Source: Moniliella sp. 'wahieum' (lineage: Eukaryota). From it: a stretch of DNA of 64,000 nt. This document shows, one piece after another, positions 38,414 to 52,348 of this stretch. The notes below the pieces were generated by a model. That model saw only the letters and a list, made by a program, of their open reading frames with translations, did not search any database and was not told the origin of the DNA. The DNA is taken from NCBI GenBank assembly GCA_003971905.1, contig RSEE01000012.1, forward strand, positions 434,001 to 498,000, read 5' to 3'. Positions within the stretch are counted from its first letter, which is position 1. Each line of letters opens with the position of its first letter. A program made the position numbers and the translations under genes.

Positions 38414-41400
38414 TCAGTAGTTCGCATTGAACTTGCGGGCATTGTAGTCCTGCACAACCACAGAGAGTTTCTTAAGAACCAGGCGCGGGTGCTGGCCTCA
38501 GGGATGGTGAGGTACGGCCCTTCGCGGGGCCCCGTGCGGAGCAATAAGGAGATGCCCTTGTCCTCGAGGGAGATGGAGCTGAGTTCACTCAAGGGTACAT
38601 CCCAAGCGACCCGCAGCTCGATTGTTTGAACATAGACTACGAAAAGGTCAGCGGATCTGTTGCATCGTAAAGCGAAGAAAAGGACGTACCGATCCGGTTG
38701 GTCGTCAAGATGATCGCAGCGTCACCCTCGTGGCCACCCACGTCGATCCAGGCGACGTATTGTTCTTTGAGGAATGTGCCATGATCCGCGTTTTTGAGCC
38801 ACATCTGGCCCAGTGCGTCCGCTCGTTGTACGGCCTTACAATGCCATCAGCAGCAACGTAGCGCGGCAAACGAACTCGGTCGATTGTGTTCTGATCAAAG
38901 ACCTGGGTTGTGTTGCGCACACCCTCGGTAAAGTTGGACGCCAGGTCAAACACCCCCACTGCCGGCTTGGTAATCGCACCGACCAATCCTTTGCCCACAC
39001 CCCGAAGGAAACCTCCGGCACCACCCTGCTCAGCACCCTCTAGGGGACGAAGAGCCAAGCCTTCAAAGCCTGATGCGACCGATGTGAGGAGCGAATTGGC
39101 CCCCTGGCAAACCCGTAGAGAGCATGCTTGGGCTTGTTGCGGAACTGGACATACGGCGGCGGTCTTGAAATTCCTTGTCCATCGTTGCCGCGGCCAAGCC
39201 TTTGCCAATTGATCCCGTAACTTTGGACATTGAGTCTGTCACGCCAAAGACTGTTTTCTGACGAAGGAGGACGCCCCGCGGACAATGCCCAGACCCAGTT
39301 CCTTATTGCCGTGCATGATAAGACCTTGGTACGGCTCGTAAAACTGTCAGCGACACCTGATGAGACATTGTTGAACAGCCCCCCGGGTTCCCCAAAAAGT
39401 CGGCCGAGCCAAGAACACGGTAGAGCTGATAGAGGAATTCTTGCGTATAGTGGTACCGAATGCGCTCCGACAGCACTGCTCGCGAGAGACGAACGTTCTC
39501 GATCACGAGGGCGTTGAGGCGGACCGGTGCCTCGTTGACGTTGCCTAGCGCCATGGTCAGCGCATTGATGAGAAGATCATGGGGTTGCGCGAGCTGACGC
39601 GGTCGTCCGCATTGACCCGCTCTGTCCGCATGAACGAGAGGTTAAGAGCCACGGGTTGGAGGTGCAAGATCTCATAGTACACATCATCGTTGTTGTGCAA
39701 CAGGTCGAGGGCTCTGGAATCGTCGTCGGATTCTCAATAAAGTCTGTGTCGTCCGAGTCGGCCTTGCGCGTGGTGAACTTGAAAAATTCGTACAGGGCGT
39801 ACAAGAAATCCTCGTCCAACTCAATCGTGAGCTCCTGCAGAAGCACAGAAGCGTACTTAACGTGCATCACACCGTGCGACTCGCCCTTCATTTTGATCGC
39901 CGACATTTGTAGCGTGGGGTGCACCTCTAGGTCCTTCCCCACCTTGGGAATCACTGAGGGATAGAGGACGATAGGGAAGAGACCGCCGAATAGCTGGTTG
40001 TCAATCTGAATCCACTTGCATGTTAAGTTAGCGCCACCGTCACTTCTGACTCGGTGTAGTGCAGTTCGAGCCACGGAACGACGTATACATCAATTCTTGT
40101 GCGTTGCGGTTGATAGCGACATACCAATCCCCTCTAATCAATATTGAAAGAGGAGAGGATCTTGGTGTCCACATCAACCGACTCGAACCCAGGGTCGCGG
40201 ACGCTCCCGAGCGAGTCCGTCCGGGTCAGAACCGACAATTGCCTTGTTAGCTTGTAGTTGCTGGTCTCCTCCGAGTAGTTGGAAAGTATAAGTGTTTGGG
40301 TCGGGCCGTCGGCCCGGACGTCAAGTGAAATAGCACCTGCGTGCCGTTCTTGATTGCCTGGAATGCGGAAAGGTACCAGTGTGCCAATCTCCATAATGTT
40401 CACATTGCGGTCCCGATCGCCCACCATCAACTTGATGACCTTGTCCGACATGGCCGGGTAATCCCACGTATACTTCATCTTCGATCGGGGTTGCAGCACT
40501 AGCGGGCTCCAACAACCTCGTCATGCAAAACTTCGCCGCTGGAAGAACGGGACTCACTCGCTTGAGCAAAGACCACAGGATAGTCACTCTCATTGCGCAT
40601 GAGTGCCGGCCACGGCCCATCATCTAGCCGCAAAGAGATGAAGATGGTCGGCCCCTCTAAGAGGACATCCACTTTGATCAGGTGTTGATGTTCACCAGCC
40701 CGTGCGATGCGCAAGAAGACAGTACCGATGTCTTCGATACTGCACGGCGCCGTCCACTTATTATTGAGACCGGATAGGCCAGCGTGATTTGCTTGGTCGC
40801 ACCCACTCGCAGGCATTGTAGCGGAGACCTTTGGCGGGGCTGGATCTGGATGAAGTCCGCCGCGCCTGCCTCGCGTAGGTTGATGGGTACACCTAAGTGA
40901 TTGCTGATCAAAAAGCGAGGCATGAGTTTGACCACCTTTGACAACTTGAACTTGCCCAAACCATCCTCAATGGCCAAGCCAGCGTAAAACTCCTCGTTTT
41001 TCCGAGACGACGGGATGACCACCTCTGTCTGGGAACCCACCGCCTCAAACGTGAGGACGCGACCACTGCGAATCGCCCACTTTCAAAAAATGCGGTTGCG
41101 ACGGTCGTTGTTTGGCTGAGAGAAGAGGAAGGGGTCCGGCTTGAGAGATTGGGTAGATCCCTCCTGTTGCCCAGCCAGTAAACGAGCCACGCCCATCCAC
41201 GACTTGGACTTGAGCTGGAATGGCTGCCCTGTCTGGTTGATGAAGATATAGGGGGAGTAGATCTGAACCTTGAAGGCACCGCCCGATTCGGGATGATGCA
41301 CAAAGTGCATCCTCAACTCAAGCTTGAGCCCATCAATGTCGGTAAGACTGAGGACCTTTTCGATGGGGAAGTCATCCGGGTTGTCGGTTGAGATGATGGC

Positions 41401-44400
41401 GAAGTCGCTGGGAGAAAACACAGGAGATTGAATGTCGATACTTAGAAGGAGCAAGTGGGTCAGCTCGACCACATGGATGGGAGAGATCCCACCCTTCCGC
41501 AAGTAGCTTGACCAGTTTTGGTTTAGGTTCTTGTCAAAGATGCGGTACTGCACATCATACGGCAGCAGGTTCTCGATCTCAACCGGAGCTCGCAGTTAAG
41601 GCTGAGGTGAGGGTAGATCCTGCTGCGAGGATCTTGACGATTGTAGAGCGTGTAGCATTGGAACCGGAATGGCGCCTCGCCATCGTCTTCGCTGACACAT
41701 GCAATCACCCTCGATGACTTGGAGACGAGGTCGCGCCACCCGACAATATCCTCTGACCACTTGTAATCAAAGCCAGGGTCGGGTCGAATTCGAATCTGAT
41801 TGTAGTAGGCCGCTTCAATCGGGACGGGGCAAGTTTCCGATGGGGCCATCTTGTACGGCTCACTGTTGGGGTTGCCATTGTCATCGACGATCATCATCTC
41901 GACTGGACCAAAGTCAGGTTCTCAATATTGAATGTGGAGCGGAAGGTGATGATCTTGACATTGTCTTGCAACCGCACCTCGTATGCCAGTTGGTGACCCA
42001 CTTTGTCCAACTTGGGCGTAGATTGAGGACAAAGACGCCTTCATGGTCGACCGCGATGTGCTTTACTCGATCCCAAGGCATATCGTCAATGTGTAATGAA
42101 CAAGTTGTCTGCTGGGATGTCGTAGACTGACGAGGAAAAATAGTTAGTCTTCAAGAACAGGAGACACGGTGAGCGTACCTCGCGCATAGTCTTCCAATCG
42201 TCGAAGCGCCAAGGAACGGAAGATCCGTCAGCCAAGTGAGTAGGGGTGGGCTTGACCCGCTTGTCATGGTGCTCAGCCCAAACACTGATGCGGTACCCAG
42301 TGCGATTGACGATTTTGAATGGTGCGGCATTTCGAGACGCCTTGACTCGTTGGTTTTCGTCCGAGTAAACTCCGATCGCCAAGGAGATAGTGTCAATGAA
42401 AGTGGAACTGACGTTCACCTCCAGACGACGGTTGGACGAAATGGTCTTAGAGACGTTCTGGTCTGCCCCGATCGCGTCGCTCGTGATGCCGAATTCGAAG
42501 TTCCATGGATCGATAAGCGGCTCCCAATGAGAGCGTGACAAGTTATAATAGTTGATACGAAGTGGAACGGCGGCCGAAACGCGAAGGTCGCTGCTCCAGT
42601 CTTGAATATTAACTGTGGTCTCGGTCACGTTGAGATCCAAGACGGGGAGACCATGCAGGTCCCCAATAACTACTACTTGCAAGCCACTGAAGACGACAGT
42701 AAGCACTTCCTTGGAAACAAGAAGATGAGGGGGGTAAGTTCGTCGCTCTGCCCCCCACTGCTAGTGCGTCTGACCACCGCACCATCCATGCCGTTGTCTG
42801 CATCCTCGCTTGAACGGCGGGCGTCGGGCAAGTTTTGCTGGTTTGGCTCGGAGTGGTCCTTGCTGGTTGAGGCGGACTTGTCAGGCGACTGGTTGGAGAG
42901 CTTGATGGCCTCGTTCACGACCGAACTGATCAGGCGTACGTCACGTAGGGCAATGCGCAGCACCAGCGGGTCCACCTGCACATCGATGCTGGTCATTTGC
43001 TTCATCTCACTGCTCCCGCTATCCATTGACAGCGTCATGTTGAAGTTGTCCAGCAAGCGTACTGTGTCCTTTGGGGCGGTCATCCGACACATGAACATGC
43101 CAAACTGGTCGACTGTCAAAGCCAAGACCACTTGGTGCGAGATGAGCACTTGCTTGATCGAGAGCACGATTGCCTCGCTGTCGGACTTCTCTGGGTTGGC
43201 GAGCAGGATAATCGTAGGGGCCACCAAGTTGACCCGGTAGGCAAATGAAGGTTCTACCACATCGACAGCGTTGGGTTCTCCCGAGGACTTTGGGGGAGGG
43301 GGGGGGGGTAATGCCTGTTGAGGGCATAGGCGAGTCAGGCGAGTTTGCAGGTTGTTCTTGCTCCCCTTCACTCGAGAAAGGAGAGGTCCAAAAGTTGAGC
43401 AAGGCGAACATGGGGTCGAGAGCAAAGATGATCTTGGGCGAATCAATGGTTACCAAAAACAGCCCACCTCCCTCACTAAACGCAGAATAGGACAGCATGA
43501 ACTGGTACCCATCATGCTTGACTGCAGGAACAATCTCGCGGAACTTGGTTTCTTTGTGCACCCGTGTATCCCGTACCGTGAGAGATTTGAGAGCCAACTC
43601 TGCTTCCATTGACTGGTCGTTCATCCTCTTGAGTTTGAGTTCATGTCGTTCAAGGCAAACCGAGCCAGACTGGCGTTAGAAACCGCATCCTGCTCTTGGG
43701 AGACCCATTGTAAATCTCAAGTTGGATCGCATGAGCAGCGAAAGAAGGTCTAACGTGGTATGCGCGTGCTTGGACCGCTTGTCCGACCCGGAATGGCTTC
43801 ATTCTTCTCTCCATCGGTAACCGATGGTGGTGTGGGGGAAGCGGCTCGGGGCGAACTAGAAGCGACAACCATTGGGGGCACAGTGGAGGGAGCGTGATCA
43901 TCTTGGACGGCGCGCGCTGAGCGAAGGCGCGGGATACTGCGCGACAGTTCGATAAGGAAACAATACTGCTCTTCCGTCAGGCGCATGGAGACATCCGACA
44001 GGGTGGCTTGGACCTGGGTGTCAGGATGATCCTCGTCAAACACACTCGATGTCCTGGTCTGGATCATGTCGATGGCCAAGTTGACGTCACTGATCATTTG
44101 CAGTCGCTCTCCTTGTCATTTTCATGGAAAATCCGAGACACTAGACGAACGTGGCGTACCCCCGCCGTGATTTTGGTGATGAGCCCCTCCCCCTCCTTGA
44201 CAGCATTTTTGTGGGGTTCGCCGTAGCACCAAAAAAGGCGTTGTGTGCATAAATCTCGCCCAAGTTGGCAATCATTACATCCTTTTGGTCGGAAGAGCGG
44301 GGGAGCACAACAATGGGAGTCTTGATGATCACGTCGTAATGCATCTTGCTTGCCTTATTAACACTTCGGCTTCCTGGTTTGTCGTCGCCGGAGCACGAGT

Positions 44401-47400
44401 AGCCTGCTGTTCGCGAACAATCCGGCTTTCATTTCAGCAAACTCGCTGAAAAATTGAAAGAGATCTTGGAGCGGCTCTTCAGCACTGTAAAACGAAGAGA
44501 GCCTGTGCGAAGCCAAATGGACGAGTCGTAACCCGGATAGACATCGGCGTCGAGAGGATCAAACGTCTCGTAGGCCAAGTCAGCCAACTCATCCCCTTCA
44601 ATCGCGAGCACCTTAGCAAACTCAGGATGCCGTAGTTGCGTATTTGGTTGTCCACCAATGAAAGAGACCCTAGACGTGCTGCCACCCGCATCGTCGTCCC
44701 GCGCATCAGCACGGCCACATCTGCCGTCGAGAAGGCGATTGTGGCTAGTAGGTCTCCTTCGTGATTGAGTCGCACAATGACACCATTAAGTTTGACTCGT
44801 ACCTTCATCTTGGACACGCGTTCCGAACTCTGCACAGACGATGGCTCATCAGACGGGACCTTGGCAATGGCGTCATCCTCCTGGGTGGGTCTAAATTGCC
44901 GCGCTTGTGAAAGTCTAGTGTACAGTGTGAGTGTCTGAAATATAAAAATGGGGGGAAGAGAACACAGTCACGATCCACTGATAGAATGTCAAGATACTCT
45001 CGCGTCCACATGAAGTTGAGTGTCGATAGCTCGATGTTCACGGACTGGTCGATACCCTCAAACTGGCTTTGGAAAGCTGGGTGGTCAGCCGAAACCGAAT
45101 TGTAGGTGACTGCGACCAAGTCCTTCTCCGACTTTGCTCCTTGACGCTTCCTGATCTCCCAGAAGCTGAGAGGTCATCAACCAACGGAACATGCCATGGG
45201 GACGAGGAATGATCTTGTCCTCCAAGTCCACAGAACGAAGGCGAACATCCACGTTTAGGTTGTAAGGATAAACAGATACACCAACATGGAAACCCTCAAA
45301 TACGGCATTGACCAAAACCTTGTCGGGAAGGGAGGCATCGGGATCGCTCTGGGAAATCTGCCCCAATAAACGGTCGACTTGGAAACTGAGTTCGAATGAT
45401 TTCTGGTCAGCATTAATCCGATCGGACTTGTCGTCCTCAGCATCCTCAAAGTTGTCATCTCCCTCGTCTGGGTTGCCTTCATCATTGTCTTGATCTACCA
45501 AGTATTCCTCGTCATTGTCACGCTGAGCGCGAAGATGTCGAACCTGTTCCACTCTTCTTTCAGCTTCTTCCGCGAACCGTAGGTTGCGATGCTGACGGGG
45601 TCGCAGGAGTGGCTGAAGATGTATCGGCACCTTTAGAACGAGGCATGATGATGCTGATAAACTGATGAGTGTCTTGTACTTGCGATCGGAGAAGTTGACC
45701 TGCAAAGTCGGGAGGTGGCCCGTCACTTTAAATTTGGTCAAGTTGGGCGCTTTGGGAAGAATGCAGTTGTGGATAGTGAAGTTGAGGTTGATCCTCTCAA
45801 TCAGGTGAGTCTTTCGGATATCAGGCGTGCCTCCTCCAGCCTCATGTGTGACAAGACTGTGAAGACAGGCTTCCAGATCGGTTCCCAGAAGGAGCTGGGC
45901 ATCGTCGAGTTTGACGATAAAACGATCGTACATCAAATCCTCTAAGCGCGATAGTCATCCGCAGTGTACTGTTGGTTCTGTTTGGCACGCACATCAGCCA
46001 AGGCCTGCTTGTCAGCAAAAATGCTCTTGACGCTAATTCGACCCGCATCAAGCACCATGTGTTGTCCATGGAGAGTCGTGACATCCTCGGGCATAATGAT
46101 AATGGGAGCTTTGACGTCCACGTTCATGTCGACTGTTTTGTGGTTGTCCAAGGCGTTCTCCAGCCCAGCCCGGGTCTGCTTGCGAATTCCCTCGATTGTA
46201 TTGCTAGCGGCATCAATCAAAGCCCCGATAAGCTCTAGCTCCGACTCGGCGGGCTCAAAGAATGCCGACACGGCCTCGACGTAGCCGCGATGATAAATGA
46301 TCTCCGTAGAGCCCACGCGGAGGGTGAGGCCATGGTCCGCACGCTCGTCCAATGGCTTGTACTCATACTTGACAAAAAAGAAAGGATCGCCTTTTGTCGT
46401 ACTTGGCGCATCCCTGAGACAATTGGATCGGATTGGAGGAGCGGTGGGGGGTTGGGAACTGCTTGGGGCTCGCTTACCAACTCGAGATAGTCATCCGCCT
46501 TGACACGCACGATCTCAGGGTAAACCGAATTAGGGGTAGTCCCATCAAGGATCTTCATATCGCCAAGCGAAATGGTAGTGTCGAGGTTATCCACCCGCTT
46601 GGTCAACTCGGCCTGGAGTCCCGAAAACAGGACACTGACCACATCCGTACCCTTTTGCTGGCTCCGGAGAGTAAATGAACCGCGCGGTGAAGCAGAGTGG
46701 TGACATGCAACTTGATCGCATCTCGAGGCAAATCCAACAAGACCATGTCGTCATTCTTGGCGGTATCGTCCCAATCAATTGCATCATATAGCTCTTTGCG
46801 CTGCTCATCGTTGAGCTGAATGGCAGTGTCAGGAGTCTGCTGGTTTTGTGTTGGATCCGCCGCCCCAAAGCCAGCCCATCCACCCCCTGCTGCGGTTTGG
46901 CTTCTTGTTCCTTCGTCTCTACCTGACCCTGGGAAGCGGCATGTTCTTGCTCGCGGTGCAACTCGCGGCGGGCAATGGAACGGTAAAAGCGAATGTCCTG
47001 GTAATCCAACTTGCGCTCGAGGGCATCAAGCTGTTGGACCACTTCATTAGTCTGGGCTCCGGTGTTTGTGCCTGCTCAGGGCGCGAAGTAGTTCTTTTTC
47101 CTTGAACAAGCGAACATAGGTCTTGCGGTCATCTCGACGCTGCTTAAGGTAGTCCCAGTCCAGCGGTAATGGCGTTGATGCACCTCATCCAACACGGCGC
47201 GGATGGCGAACTGAAATTGGGGCCTTCGAATGTCTCTTCCAAGCTGAGCAGGAGTGGGGCGGAAACGGCGGTAACGGGCTTGGCGGGTGTAGTAATGAAA
47301 TAGATCGATGACCGAGATCATATCGCGGTACTGCTCGTCGTCCAGAGCGAAGCCCAAATCTTCAAACAGCAGTTGCACATCCAATTTAGGAATCTCGTTG

Positions 47401-48275
47401 GTGAGTGTGTTGCGCATGATCAATCGCCCAATCCCTGAGACAGGCTTCAGGATGAATTGGTGTGAAGGGAGATGGTCTGCGCGTGCAATTAGCTCCTGGA
47501 AGCTGTCATAGGCCAAGACGGGAGTGGAGAGGTCCCCCGCCTGCTCTTTGCCGATAAATTCGCTGTCAGTGTCCCGTAAAAGGACAAACTGTCGAGACGA
47601 GCAACCTTGTGAATGCCATTGGCACTGTTCTGAATAAAGGTCGGCTTCCAATTCTCGTCGGTCGAAACAGCCGAGAACTCGGAAAGCGTGATTCCAGCGC
47701 TGAAGGGGTGGAGGGGGTTGGAAAGGAGTCCTCATACCGGATATGGATATTGCGGACCGTGATCTGAAGATTGTCCAAGATTTTAGTCACGAGGGATTGG
47801 GTGAAAGACTCTTGTTGAGCGTCGCTCCCCATCTGGTCTCGGCCAATGAGCTCAGCGCTGGCCAACTTGCTCTGTTTGACTGCCTGAATGCGCTCATCTT
47901 CCTCGGCCTCGTCAACGTCCACGCTGGCTGATCGGGGCCGGGCAAGAACAAACACGTTGTCAATCAGCACGCGTACAGGCTTGCCCTTGAGGTTGGACCA
48001 GGGGATACTGAGGGTGAGCTCGCCGAGAAAGCCTTCCTGAACATCAATCGGCAGATGGAACTTGTCGAGTGCTGATTTCTTGAGCTTGAGTCTACGACAC
48101 AGTTAAGGCAGGATGCCTCGTCAGAAGGAATGGCATACAATGCAAGCGCGGTAACGTACCCTCGGAGTTTGACATCGCCGCTCCAAATGCCAACGTTGAG
48201 CTGGTCGGTGTTGAGGTTGTCAACGTAAGCCGAGAGGACGCTGTTGAGGACAGTTGCGACGACGCCCTCAAGCAT
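38414..48275 (-). CDS. VPS13: Bridge-like lipid transfer protein Vps13
   Basis: Chorein N-terminus [21 protein letters not shown]...[67 protein letters not shown]. About 9.9 kb with many indels and a few introns. Confidence 0.96.
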
Positions 48276-48419
48276 GGCTGGCAAAAGCCGTGCGTATCAA
48301 AGGATGAGTGGGGGGGTTCAGCAGCGTAGGCGCAGCGGTGTTTCACAGGCGGTAGCGGGGGAGAGCGGGGAGAGGGGGGAGAGGGGGGCGAGGTGGTGGG
48401 GTGGGGGTGGTGGGCTGAA

Positions 48420-49060
48420 AGCTGAGATGCGCCGCCCATGCCGATTGCCAGCTCCGATGGCTGACGGGCCTGACATGTGACATGTGACGATGACGCCTGA
48501 TGCGTGATGCATGACGCATGACGCCCCTGACCAGCCTCTGCTCCGAGCCTGAGCCTGATCTGAGGCAGGAGGCTGAGATCTGAGTCTGGGAGTGCGACCA
48601 GTGCGACCAGGCCCGCGCACCCTCAGCTTGACGCCTGACGATGAGCGAGCCCAGCCCAGGCCAAAGCTGCATGCAGGGCTGACGTCACGCGTCACCATCA
48701 CGCGGCACTGCGCTGCTGCCGGCCGAGGGCGGCCAGGGGCGACGGGCAACCCTGTTGGCAGAAGGACATCGATAGGGTTAGGCCTGGTGGGATGCGGGGG
48801 GGGAGGTACGCGTGAGCCACACCCACTGTGGGCCATCACGCTCATGCGTCATGGGTCAGGCACATGTCAGCATGTCACATGTCCGTGCCATGCTGCGCAC
48901 GTCACATGATGATCACCAGCGCGTCGCGCAGAGTTGCAGGAAATGTCCAATTGAAATCGCGGAACTCGAAGGGCCACCCTGGCCACCGTCAACACCACTC
49001 GTCACCGCGTCACTAGTAACTAGTAACTAGTAACCAGTACCTGCTTCCGGCCGGTCACCG
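48420..49060. promoter_or_regulatory. VPS13 upstream spacer with heptamer arrays
   Basis: (TGACATG)2 at 48471, further TGA-spaced units to about 48590, TCACATG near 48875, and TAACTAG units 49013-49033. Confidence 0.45.
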
Positions 49061-49273
49061 TGATCGGTCACCGCCCAGGCGCGTCGCGCCCTGTCGCGTC
49101 CCGCCCTGCCCTCTGGCTACCAGCGGTGCACCACACCATACTACTAGTATACTAGCCGCAGCCACTCGCGTTTCGAGGAAGACTGACGCCGTGCAGAGAG
49201 CGCAATCCTGCACGCTCTCGCATACCGCGTAAGGCACCTTCCCGTCCCCCACCGCCACCACCACCCGTCCAGT

Positions 49274-50900
49274 ATGCGGCGGGAGGCAGACGATGCTTCT
49301 CGGCACACTTCACCGTCGTCTACGCAGGTCTCCGCGGGCAGCACATGTTCTTTCCCCCCCCTGGCTACCCCTGCACTGCTTCCGCCGCCCCGCACCAACG
49401 CGCCCCCGGTAGTAACGGCAGCCACCGGCGGCTCGAGCCTCGCCGCCAGTGGCGCGTTCGCATCGCTCACATCGCCCTCACGTTCCCCCGACTCGGACCA
49501 CACAGGCTTCCTCACTCCCGACACGTCCGAACACCACTTGGTGCCCTGACACAAGCGCCAGCTTCACTGCCCCAACTCTGTCTTTGGTCCTATTCTTGGT
49601 TGCAAGTCTGTATCCCCTGGAGACGCGTCCCCCCAACCAAAACATATTCTCGCTTACGAACGTCATCAAGCTTGACTCGTACGTCGCTCTCTCTCTCTCT
49701 CCTCATACACGTTTCTTGCTGACCCCATTTCACGCGTCGGCAGGTCCGCTTCACAATCATCCAGGCCCCCAAGGCTCCGGCGCCTTTCCAAACATCTGTT
49801 CCCGCGCTTTCGGCCGGCCCAGGCGGTCCGGTTACAGTCTCCCAGGAGAGAGAAACGGCACCAAATGCGCCTCGGGCTTCTACCCCTGTCCAGGAGGATA
49901 TTCCCAAACTAATCAGCACCTCACTCAAGTCCCTGGTATCCAAGGAAACGCGCTTTTTGTCGCGTTCCCACTCTTCGCATGTTCCGCTGTTAGCGGCTGA
50001 TCAGTCTTCCGCTTGGACTCATTCGCATCTGCCTACACTGCCTACGCATCTTAACGCCTTGTGCCTTTCCCAGCCTCGACACGCTCTTAGCATATCACGA
50101 GGCACGGCCAGGGAGTGACACCAAGAATACCTGGAAGGAGGAACCGCCATCATCCGCACGCCTTGCCGTGCATACTAAACAGGATCAATTCCCACCCTCT
50201 AACCCTCCTAAAGGCCCCAGTCAGCGAGCAATACGGACGTGGATGCATGTGCAGTTCTCCGGACCGCTTCTTCAACGCCGACACCGGACAAGTACCGCCT
50301 GGTACCACGCCCATCACGAAAGAAGATGGCGCGTGTCCTCTCCGCTCCAGCTTGTTCGTACTGCCTGGCAAGCCTCCATCCTATTTGCTACCAAGGGCTA
50401 CTTCTGGCACTCTGGACCGCGCTATGGCCTTGCAGACGTGTTTGGCGAGGAGACACCGTCAGGAGGCGATTCGGAACTGGACGCTCGAGTTCAAGCTGCC
50501 GCGCATGACCAATTGGCAAGAGTACCTTACGGGTTTCTGCATGCACTTGGTAGTTCACCCCTGTGGTGCGGTGCTCAGCTCAGAAGCGGAAACCCCAGCT
50601 CTGCAGGGCCGTTGGAGGCAAGTGGCCATCGGAAGAGGAACAGGGCGGATCGGTCGCGTGTGCCTCTGCGAACAGGGCCGAGCAGCAGCACATCCAAGCG
50701 CGGCCGTCCCAAGTCTCTCCGCGAATCCCAACCGGGTCCAATGACCAAGGCAAAGAAAAGGAGTGTGATGCACACTTGGGGTGCCCACAGTAGCACCAGC
50801 TTGGGTGCGTTGCCAGAGCCACGCGGGCCATCTCCTTTCCGTTAGTCCACACCTGGGTACAAAGGACCAAGACAGGGACCGCGATGCTGCAGTGGCCCTA
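49274..50900 (+). CDS. Hypothetical protein with an AT-hook-like motif
   Basis: Ser/Pro-rich N-terminus, intron GTACGT..GCTGAC..CAG at 49679-49743, and KRGRPK near 50695-50712 followed by a basic KAKKR. Frameshifted. Confidence 0.4.
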
Positions 50901-51898
50901 CTTGGGCTGGGACTTGGGCTGGGTCGTGTGTGAGTCAATGTCAAAGCATCCGTGCGTGCCATTCAAAATATGCTGGGAGTTGTTGGTCGTTGGTCGGCTT
51001 CAATATTCAGTAGGCCTCCAGGCCTCACCCTCACATGTGACTGTCACAGATCCTCACGCCGCAGGAGCGCCAGGAGGGGTGCGGGGTAAAATAACACTCA
51101 GTACTCAGTCGGCCGGTCAGGTGACCGGTGTGACCGGTGACCGCCGGAACCGGTAACGCACTTGTGAACTCATCAATGTGATCGATGATTATCACATCCC
51201 TCATGCCATGCAGGACAGGTGTAGGTTGTGATGGATGATCGATTCGATGATGCAGGTGCAGGATGCATGATCAGTGATGCAAACAGTGCGTCGTGTGATG
51301 CATGACATCATGCAGTTGGTCGAGTGGGGAGGTCATCACGCATGACGTCAGCGCGCCGCGAGTACACCCGCGGAAATGAAGGCAGATGTTGGCAGCGTTG
51401 AATATTTGAATGGATTTCGGCAAGATCTAACATGCGGGTGACGCGTACGCGCGTAACGAAAGCTGGCTGCGAAGATGGTTTCTAGTACGACTGGTCCCAT
51501 ACTATGTGAGGGATCAAGTACCGCCGCGAGTGCACCATCCCACCCTCATATCCGCGAATACTCTGCTAGCGTACACGGCATCTCTCTCGCCTCTTCTCTC
51601 TGCACCTGCTGGCTGATGTGGGGAGTCAATACGGTCAGTTACATGTGTATTAAGATCTCTATGATCGCTCTTTTCGCATCCTGTACCCTAAGGTAACCCC
51701 GGTATCGACCACCAAAGGTCATGCATCACTTCCAAGGCTGACTCTTTAACACTGTTTCGTATCTTTCTTCCCGGCATCTATGACGCGAAGAACTCCGAAA
51801 AATAAGACCCACATTTTATGATATCTATCCTCAGGCCGTCGTCTCAGAGAAGGCCTCACTGGGTCCCTCACTCTACTTCTACCTACAGGAGAAGAGTT

Positions 51899-52165
51899 TG
51901 TTGAGGGTACTGCTAGGGTTCTCTCCTGCGCGGCCCTCAATGGATCAGACGCTCGCCTAGCCGAGCGGAAGCGTTCCGCTCGCAGGCCGCGCACGCCCTG
52001 CTTCGCTCCATCTCCCTTCTCTCTCTCCTTTCTCCTTCCCTTCAGACGTTGCTTGAAGACTTGTGGCTCACCACTTTGCCTTCACGACTTGTCTGAAGGC
52101 TGCTTTGCAGCTGATCCATGGATTGCGAGTGCTCCCAAGTCGCACTCTAGTAGAGTTTGACAACA
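51899..52165 (+). mobile_element. LTR-like dispersed repeat, copy C
   Basis: TGTTG...CAACA ends. Adjacent CCCACTCCCC (52166-52175) is a polypurine tract on the minus strand. Confidence 0.75.
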
Positions 52166-52348
52166 CCCACTCCCCAATGTTGAAACACTCTTGCCGTCAG
52201 GCACAGCAATGGCACAGCTTTTACTGTAGTCGTGTGTAGTCGATAGCTTCTTGGGGATTGAAGCGAGTTCTAATTGTGTTCCAGTGGCCCCCACCACTAA
52301 TCCACAAGCAGCGCCTCATCCTCCCCGCAGAGCGCCTGAGCCCGAGCC

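Noticed and set aside
12962..48275. Programmed frameshifting or mass pseudogenisation
   Set aside because: Frame breaks hit essential housekeeping genes at scattered positions with no shared slippery motif; sequencing error is far more likely.
4905..48275. Functional cluster of membrane-biogenesis genes (GET2, OSH, VDAC, CCDC47, TIM17, CBP3, SFT2-like, VPS13)
   Set aside because: They act in different organelles and pathways and are interleaved with unrelated genes; chance is sufficient without synteny data.
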